Positions 37,629 to 43,550 of a DNA stretch of 43,550 bases are shown one piece after another (the stretch's first letter is position 1; each line of letters opens with the position of its first letter). The notes below the pieces were generated by a model. The model was given only the letters and a program-made list of their open reading frames with translations, was not told the DNA's origin and searched no databases. This DNA comes from Myxococcota bacterium. GTDB taxonomy: Bacteria > Myxococcota_A > Bradymonadia > UBA7976 > UBA1532. The stretch is taken from assembly GCA_036337435.1 (NCBI GenBank), contig JAYZEG010000051.1:1-43550 (forward strand). The letters are read 5' to 3'. Both the position numbers and the translations under genes were made by a program.

Positions 37629-39329
37629 TTAATCGAGGTCTCGACAGCATCGAAATCCGTGCGTTTGCCGTATGATTGCACTTTCATATTCGCGTCTACC
37701 ATCGCACTGAAGCTCCTGTCGTTGGCTGCGAAAGTCCCCCCCAGCGACCCCGGTGCCAAGCAGATTTTCTTGGGTCCACTCAGCCAAGTTACCGGACATA
37801 TCCATGACACCCTCTGCGGTCGCACAATCATCCATGAAGCCCGTTGGTAATGGGCCATCAAATGGCTCAAGGTCTTGTCCATTACAGCTCTGCCCATCGT
37901 ATGGACCGTCATATGGAAACAGTCGTCGTGCAATGCCTTCGCACGCGTTGAGCCACTCCGATGAGCTACACAACCGCTTGCCAGACCGCTCACAAATTTC
38001 ACTGGCATCAAAATAATCGATTCCGGACCAAGGTTGGACGCCTAATTGGCTACAGCTGATGCGACCATCCGCACCACCTGACACATCGGTTGCGTCAGGG
38101 CGAGAGGCTTCATACCGATCGATTTCAAAATTCTGACCGGGAATGGGTACCATCGTATCCATACGACAGAAACTGAGTTCGATGATGTGTTCTGCTGTTG
38201 CCGTATTCCCTGCGGCATCCTGCGCCATCAGCTGAATCACGTGTCGACCCGCGCCCAGATTTTCTGGATCGAGTAAGACCTCATAGGGTGGTGCGAACAG
38301 CTCTGCAATAGGCTCGGCGTCGCGACCGACTGTCACGCGGATAGGCGTGGATTGATCAGTGACAGACAGGATAAGGAGAAAGGGGGCCGGCTGGTCTAAA
38401 ATCGGTGCGATCGGTTGCAAAACGTTTAACTCAGGCGGTGTTTGGTCGATGCGAATCATTCGTTCAACCCGCGCGATCTCGAGACCGTCTCGGTCGAGGA
38501 CCGACGCTGTGAGCAAAAGGGGACCCTCGTTGATTTCGTTTTCCTCGATGAGTAATTCCAGCCTCGCCGACGGGGCTCGTCTTGCCAGAAGCGCGCCGTT
38601 CCCTCGCAGCTCAATTGTGTTGAGTGCATCGATGCCCTGACTGGCTAGGACGACTGAGAACTGGCCGGCAATAGACTCGTTGGATTGGGGTTGTATGAAT
38701 TCCAGGCTTGCTTGGGCTGTCTCGCAGCCATTTTCAGCAATCTGATCGCTGTCAAAATATCCAGGCTGGCAGCGCTCGATGACACACTCCGCTGCAATGC
38801 AGTCAACGATGGCGTTTGGCCGATTGGAACAGGGCTCGTTGCATGCGCCGCAGTGGTCTAGGTCACCGTTGAGATCGAAGTCTTCATCGATGCGACCATC
38901 ACAATCATCATCATTGGCGTTACAGGCTTCATTGGTTGGTATACACACCGTCGAATCGGGATTGGACCCATCGGTCAGTGGCCCTAAATCTGCTGCCGAC
39001 CCATCGGTTGCAATGCTGGCATCGATCGGGGCAATGGCTGTATCCGGTCGATATTCTGCGTCGGCTAAGCTTGCTGAATCGGCCAGGCTGAGATCTCGGC
39101 TGCCCGCATCGGGGACTGAGCCATCTGCGGCACAGCGCCCGCCTGGACACTGAATACATACGCCTGTCGGATGACATATACTGCCGACTTCGCAGGGTCG
39201 TTCCACGCCGCATTGCTCTGCACCAATGTCTGCAGAATTGAGGGCGGAGAGTTGGCCTCCGTCCGCTTCAAAACAACCAGTGACGCCGATTCCTATGCAC
39301 AACAAGAATGCGCTCCAAATTTGCTTCAT
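37629..39329 (-). CDS. Lipoprotein with Cys-rich/metal-binding repeat, Ig-like domains and C-terminal FGE-sulfatase (SUMF1-like) domain
   Basis: Lipobox VTG-C; CNANDDDCDGRIDE; IDRYEAS, GKRLCSSSEW..AC, DMSGNLAEW and GFRCC. Confidence 0.85.
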   Translation of the reverse strand: MKQIWSAFLLCIGIGVTGCFEADGGQLSALNSADIGAEQCGVERPCEVGSICHPTGVCIQCPGGRCAADGSVPDAGSRDLSLADSASLADAEYRPDTAIAPIDASIATDGSAADLGPLTDGSNPDSTVCIPTNEACNANDDDCDGRIDEDFDLNGDLDHCGACNEPCSNRPNAIVDCIAAECVIERCQPGYFDSDQIAENGCETAQASLEFIQPQSNESIAGQFSVVLASQGIDALNTIELRGNGALLARRAPSARLELLIEENEINEGPLLLTASVLDRDGLEIARVERMIRIDQTPPELNVLQPIAPILDQPAPFLLILSVTDQSTPIRVTVGRDAEPIAELFAPPYEVLLDPENLGAGRHVIQLMAQDAAGNTATAEHIIELSFCRMDTMVPIPGQNFEIDRYEASRPDATDVSGGADGRISCSQLGVQPWSGIDYFDASEICERSGKRLCSSSEWLNACEGIARRLFPYDGPYDGQSCNGQDLEPFDGPLPTGFMDDCATAEGVMDMSGNLAEWTQENLLGTGVAGGDFRSQRQELQCDGRREYESAIIRQTHGFRCCRDLD

Positions 39330-40189
39330 AATCGAACACCCAGATTGAGTTCAATTCCTTGGGTCATCATTCCGCTGTTCTCAGGAGGTATGTCTGAGTC
39401 TGCTGAGCCGAATTGATCTGCTGGAAACCAATTACCCTCAGCGAATGTCCATTGCCATCCAAGACCCAGTAGCACACGCCCTGTGGACCACTCTAGGCCC
39501 AAGCTGGGTCTGTAGAGTATGAAGCTCTGCGTCGCTGTTGACAGTTGATTTCGGTCGTCGGAAATGGTTTCGCTCTTTAAACGTCCGGAGCCAACGCCGA
39601 GGTCAGCATAACCGCTCAGGTTCTGCCGCAGGGGATGGCTCACGCCAACCTTTGCAATCAGCATATCGCTCGTGAGTTCAATTTTACGTGCGATATCAAG
39701 GAGGTCCGTCTGAGTTCTTGCCAGACCTCGGCGCCAGGTGACTTGAAACCTGATTGAATCGCCGTATTGTACGCCAGCTTGTAGTCCGACATCAGCCAAG
39801 CCAAACGAACTGATGTCGCGTCCGAAACCCAGTCCGAAAAGCGGCTTGAACTGAGGGTCACTGTCCGTTTGCTGTTCAGTCGGCCGTACAGCTGCGCTCG
39901 TTGAGCTCGCAGGGGCTATCGCTGACGATATTGGCCGGTCTTCAGCGTTGTCGTCGTCGTCTGTATCCAGGGGTAAACGGACATTATGCCGTTTAATGAC
40001 ACCTTTTGAATCAACGATGGCAATTTTCACGTCGCACCCAGGCTCACCGGTTATGCTCTGACCGACAAGCCTAACAGTACAGTCCTGGCTTGAGACAAAG
40101 ATCTCACTGCCTGCGTCAAGCTGGGGGGTTTTGATCTCGCCTGGCCCTGTGGCCGTTACGATGAAGAATGAGAGAGCTAGGTGTACCAT
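39326..40189 (-). CDS. Exported protein with C-terminal outer-membrane beta-barrel-like domain
   Basis: Hydrophobic N-terminus, acidic/Ser-Ala linker, then about eight amphipathic strands ending IELNLGVRL; ATGA overlap with the downstream gene. Confidence 0.6.
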   Translation of the reverse strand: MVHLALSFFIVTATGPGEIKTPQLDAGSEIFVSSQDCTVRLVGQSITGEPGCDVKIAIVDSKGVIKRHNVRLPLDTDDDDNAEDRPISSAIAPASSTSAAVRPTEQQTDSDPQFKPLFGLGFGRDISSFGLADVGLQAGVQYGDSIRFQVTWRRGLARTQTDLLDIARKIELTSDMLIAKVGVSHPLRQNLSGYADLGVGSGRLKSETISDDRNQLSTATQSFILYRPSLGLEWSTGRVLLGLGWQWTFAEGNWFPADQFGSADSDIPPENSGMMTQGIELNLGVRL

Positions 40190-40265
40190 GCGAGCAGAGT
40201 AACAGCATCGGTGGGTAGGTGTCTTTTTTTAAGCCAATATTTACGGACGAGGTCATGCAGGTCGG

Positions 40266-41714
40266 TCAGTCTGCATTCGGGACAATGATGGTTTTAGCGG
40301 CCATGGTCACAATGGGAAGGCGTCCTTTGACTGCGCGATCTAAGCCGCCTAGACGTTCGAGCTTTCGTAAGAGGTAGGGCGGGAAAGTTCGATACAAGAG
40401 CTCCACACTGATCTTCGCAGGACTGCCGTGTAAAGCTGTGAGGTCGTATTTGACATCGACGGTCTCGTCGGGTTTCAGCATGTAGTCACATTGCCAGTTT
40501 GCATTCCATGGGAAAGCCCCGGCTTTCAGATCGTCGCTAAAATCAGTATGTCCACCCTGTCCGATGGGACGGCAGCCGGCGGTCAGCTGCGCTCGGATTT
40601 GCGTCCGTTCTTGCTCCGTTGACGCAGTGTTCAGTTGTCTGGACTCCAAGAGCAATTGCCCAAAATAAGCCAACTGAGGATCCGTTCCGGGCCGTTCACT
40701 ATGGCCATCAATCCCATCTCGAATATCCAGGTTTTCATCGAGGGTGCCGGATTCGAATAAGAGATTTCCATCTGAATCCAGAACCTTGATCCGTAACCAC
40801 ATCTGGCGATCAGCTGTCGCCCCGGTTGGTAGTCCGTGTCCCGTCCGATTAGAAATTCTGACCTGGAGTTGACCTTGAGCGTCCATAAACTTCGCGTCCA
40901 TAACGGCCGCGGTCGATAACAATTCGGCTGTTTTTTTTCTGAGTTCCCAATATCCAGGAAACTCGTCTTCGGGCAAGAGTGACACGTCTACGCCGACAAA
41001 TGTATGGTCGTGTACCAGCCGGTCTGGACCATCCTTTGCCGCGGAGCCCACATAGCTTGGCATGTGGCAGTCTTGACATTGTTGGCCTTCGTTGGCTGCA
41101 TTGCTGAAAGTCCATTCGTCAAAAGTTTGTTCCAAGAGGGCCCCTTTGCCGTTTACGACGGCATGGCATGAACTGCATAACCGCGACGATGCATGTAGCT
41201 CGCTGTATGTTGATTGGTGAGCGGCTGTTGGAATGGGGTCCCGAATTGTACCCCGTTGATTACCATCTGGCTTGAGTTCGAGCTTTGCATTTCGCGTGTC
41301 AACGATCGATACAACTGAATGGCAGACGTCACAGGTCACGCCCTTTTTGACGGACTCGGGCAAATTGACAACATCTTGTTTGAAGACGCGTGTTTGCTCA
41401 TCGAAGACCACGGGAGTGAGGCCGTACGCGGCAGCGACGGGCATGTGGCAATTGGTGCAGAATTGGTCAACCTTGCCCCGGGTTTGGCGCTGCGCCACTT
41501 TTGTCATGGCGATAAACACTGGGTCTTTGGCCGCGTATGCATGATTGGATATGCGCCATTCAGCCACGTGCTGAGGATGGCAACCCGCGCAGTCTTTGTC
41601 CGGATCGGCAAAGACGAGGGGCTTCTCAGAGCGCGTTGTCAACAGCTCTGGGTAGTCACCAGCTTCACCGCAGGCCGCACAGACAATCACAGCAAAAAGC
41701 CAGTATCGATTCAT
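40266..41714 (-). CDS. Pentaheme c-type cytochrome lipoprotein (cytochrome c554-like N-terminal part) with C-terminal beta domain
   Basis: ATG 41714 (ATGA overlap) and lipobox AA-C. Five CxxCH motifs (CAGCH, CTNCH, CDVCH, CSSCH, CQDCH); GHGLPTG motif. Confidence 0.92.
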   Translation of the reverse strand: MNRYWLFAVIVCAACGEAGDYPELLTTRSEKPLVFADPDKDCAGCHPQHVAEWRISNHAYAAKDPVFIAMTKVAQRQTRGKVDQFCTNCHMPVAAAYGLTPVVFDEQTRVFKQDVVNLPESVKKGVTCDVCHSVVSIVDTRNAKLELKPDGNQRGTIRDPIPTAAHQSTYSELHASSRLCSSCHAVVNGKGALLEQTFDEWTFSNAANEGQQCQDCHMPSYVGSAAKDGPDRLVHDHTFVGVDVSLLPEDEFPGYWELRKKTAELLSTAAVMDAKFMDAQGQLQVRISNRTGHGLPTGATADRQMWLRIKVLDSDGNLLFESGTLDENLDIRDGIDGHSERPGTDPQLAYFGQLLLESRQLNTASTEQERTQIRAQLTAGCRPIGQGGHTDFSDDLKAGAFPWNANWQCDYMLKPDETVDVKYDLTALHGSPAKISVELLYRTFPPYLLRKLERLGGLDRAVKGRLPIVTMAAKTIIVPNAD

Positions 41715-42133
41715 CGAGCCCCCTGCGCAATCCAACGCTCAATGAGTTGAATGTATGGTTCCGTGAGTGCACCTTCAATTGGCATAGGTGCGCCTTCGCC
41801 CAAGCCGGGTACGGTCACTTTTTGATACAAAAAACTGGTTTCGAGTAGACCTGGCTCGACTCTGATGTATCCCCGCGCTCGTGCGGCGGTATTGGTGGCT
41901 GGGATATCGAGCAGACTGTCTCGACTGGTCTCCTCGTCGGACAAGTCTAATTGGCCAGCAGCTGAGACGTCATGACAGCCTTGCGTTGAACAAGCTTTGT
42001 CGAACACTAATTTTTGAACGTCCGCTAAAACAGGTTGCTCAGGCAAAGTGCCCTCCATCGAGTCGTCACCACATCCCCATTGGAACAGTGTAACGACGAC
42101 CAATCCAAGTTGATTTGAGAAGTAACGTTTCAT
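41711..42133 (-). CDS. Small lipoprotein, putative monoheme cytochrome c with atypical CxxxxCH motif
   Basis: Lipobox WG-C; FDKACSTQGCH...LDL...RVEPG...SFLYQKV...MP...IERWIAQGA. Confidence 0.8.
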   Translation of the reverse strand: MKRYFSNQLGLVVVTLFQWGCGDDSMEGTLPEQPVLADVQKLVFDKACSTQGCHDVSAAGQLDLSDEETSRDSLLDIPATNTAARARGYIRVEPGLLETSFLYQKVTVPGLGEGAPMPIEGALTEPYIQLIERWIAQGAR

Positions 42134-42399
42134 GTTTCGTGCATGTATCCCCAGGTAACATATAACGGGAAAAAACAGCGATAATCAAATCTCATGCGCC
42201 CATTGATGAAATTGCGCCACTCTAAGTCGCTAAAATCCAATGTTAATGACGCTGGAATGTCACTGGCCAAGAACTCGGTCTGATCATTAACTGTGATAAT
42301 AAATCGGTATGTTAATGGAATCACAATCCGAATTGGTTCATATTAAACCTTGGTGGCACGTTTTTTTTCGTACGTGTGAATTCAACCGGGGAGACCAAG

Positions 42400-43002
42400 A
42401 TGAAATTGTATACATACAGCGCACTCAGCCTCGTGCTCGTCGTTGGTTTGGCGGTGTCTGCGTGTGGTGACGAATCCGACACGGGCGGCGTTGGTGGGGC
42501 TGGCGGCGTTGGTGGTGCTGGCGGCGTTGGTGGTGCTGGCGGTGCTGGCGGTGCTGGCGGTTTCGGCGGTGCTGGCGGTGCTGGCGGTTTTGGCGGTGCT
42601 GGCGGTGCTGGCGGTGTAGGTGGTGCTGGCGGTGTGGGTGGTGCTGGTGCCGAGGGCGGTGCAGGTGGTGCTGGTGCCGAAGGCGGTGCTGGTGGCGGTA
42701 ATTTAACCGCATTTACGACAGATGAAGTCCAAGACCTTTTCAACAACACATGTGCTCCGTGTCATACGACTGGACCCACACAGCCGAATATCTCGGATGT
42801 CAACGCGCTCATTGGATTGACATCGCCCACTGTAGATTTTGAGCAAATCGTCCCAGGTGATAGGGATGCCAGCTACATCTACATCAAAGTGCAGCCTAAT
42901 CCTGCTGCTAATGGCGGTATTGGAACCCAAATGCCACTCGGCAGGCCCACGTATGATGCCGAGACCATTGAGCGTTTAGGCCTATGGATCGACGGGCTTT
43001 AG
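42400..43002 (+). CDS. Monoheme cytochrome c lipoprotein with long Gly-rich tether
   Basis: ATG 42400 with GGGGAG RBS and lipobox SA-C; about 70-aa GGA/GGV/GGF linker; CAPCH, distal QMP and LWI motifs. Confidence 0.85.
   Translation: MKLYTYSALSLVLVVGLAVSACGDESDTGGVGGAGGVGGAGGVGGAGGAGGAGGFGGAGGAGGFGGAGGAGGVGGAGGVGGAGAEGGAGGAGAEGGAGGGNLTAFTTDEVQDLFNNTCAPCHTTGPTQPNISDVNALIGLTSPTVDFEQIVPGDRDASYIYIKVQPNPAANGGIGTQMPLGRPTYDAETIERLGLWIDGL
42484..42699 (+). repeat. 9-nt-period tandem repeat (ggcggtgct-like) encoding GGX
   Basis: Directly visible degenerate repeats within the 42400 gene. Confidence 0.9.
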
Positions 43003-43229
43003 AGCACGTATAATGTCGTCTAGACACCGGTTCAAGTTGCTTTACTGGGCCGGTCCTCCCCACTTCTATGCAAATTGAGAAGCAATAACCGCGGATTATC
43101 TTGCCGTTTGGCATCTTTTGGTTTAAGCAGCACCTACTTGGATCGCCGGGTCGTTGGTTGACCCGCATCTTTTCAATGTACGTCGAGCATGTGGAGGGTT
43201 TTTACATGCCGACTTTAACGAGGGAAATT

Positions 43230-43550
43230 ATGAAGTATCTTGTCGTATTTGTTTGTTCTGTAGCCTTATCTTTCAGCCTTGGTTGTGGTGGAAAGAAGAA
43301 GGAAGAGGCTGCAAAGAAGCCAGCACCTGCTAAGACAGCACCTGCTAAGACAGCACCTGCTAAGGCAGCACCTGCTAAGGCGGCTCCGAAGCCAGCCGCT
43401 AAGCCAGCCGCAGCACCGGCCGCTAAGCCAGCCGCAGCACCGGCCGCTAAGCCAGCAGCAGCACCGGCCGCTAAGCCAGCCGCAGCACCGGCCGCTAAGC
43501 CAGCAGCAGCACCAGCTGCTAAGCCAGCAGCAGCACCAGCCGCAAAGCCA
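43230..43550 (+). CDS. Lipoprotein with Lys/Pro/Ala-rich repeats (partial, runs off the window)
   Basis: ATG 43230 with GAGGG RBS: MKYLVVFVCSVALSFSLG-CGGKKKEEAAKKPAPAK...; open to the end of the window, so absent from the ORF track. Confidence 0.85.
   Translation, partial: MKYLVVFVCSVALSFSLGCGGKKKEEAAKKPAPAKTAPAKTAPAKAAPAKAAPKPAAKPAAAPAAKPAAAPAAKPAAAPAAKPAAAPAAKPAAAPAAKPAAAPAAKP
43323..43550 (+). repeat. Tandem repeats: 15-nt (APAK[T/A]) x4, then 24-nt (KPAAAPAA) x6
   Basis: gcacctgctaagaca-type units followed by aagccagccgcagcaccggccgct-type units. Confidence 0.9.

Noticed and set aside
37629..38160. FGE-sulfatase domain as maturase for the sulfatase-like gene at 61-2586
   Set aside because: It lacks the catalytic Cys-rich core of true formylglycine-generating enzymes, and the sulfatase-like protein lacks a CxPxR target.
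42134..42399. AT-rich divergent intergenic region with a Fur-box-like GATAATCAAATCTCAT, a sigma54-like TGGCACG and a 64-aa ORF (42130-42324)
   Set aside because: Fur-like spacing is off by one, the sigma54 -12 TTGC is missing, and the ORF has no recognisable features. Probably promoter DNA, but no specific site can be supported.
42484..43550. Tandem repeats as CRISPR or mobile-element repeats
   Set aside because: No unique spacers; periods are multiples of 3 and encode low-complexity linkers; no cas or transposase genes.

Overview
A gene-dense bacterial chromosomal segment with roughly balanced to slightly high GC. Cys/Asp-rich repeat lipoproteins, Gly-rich lipoprotein tethers and a collagen/fibre adhesin suggest a Myxococcota-like organism (inference). 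Left to right: membrane-anchored sulfatase-like protein; candidate minus-strand small RNA; YbjQ-YbjQ-M48 peptidase operon; TonB-dependent receptor with flanking lipoproteins; fatty-acid uptake operon (AtoE-like plus two FadL-like barrels); hemF; the selenocysteine genes selD (itself a selenoprotein, UGA at 18578-18580), selA and selB, the latter two downstream of two DUF547 genes; a TPR protein; a surface-protein operon (collagen/fibre/Kelch protein, SurA-like protein, 1352-aa Cys-rich lipoprotein); an FGE-domain lipoprotein; and a c-type cytochrome lipoprotein cluster. Best discovery: the ORF called at 36074 extends upstream through an in-frame UGA to a GTG at 36002. This gives signal peptide + D-U-V-G-C, an outer-membrane beta-barrel with an N-terminal UxxC motif and a SECIS-like hairpin at nearly the same spacing as in selD, directly upstream of an HMA-thioredoxin fusion gene. 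No rRNA, tRNA (including tRNA-Sec), CRISPR array or mobile element was recognised. All family calls come from motif recognition by eye, not database searches.
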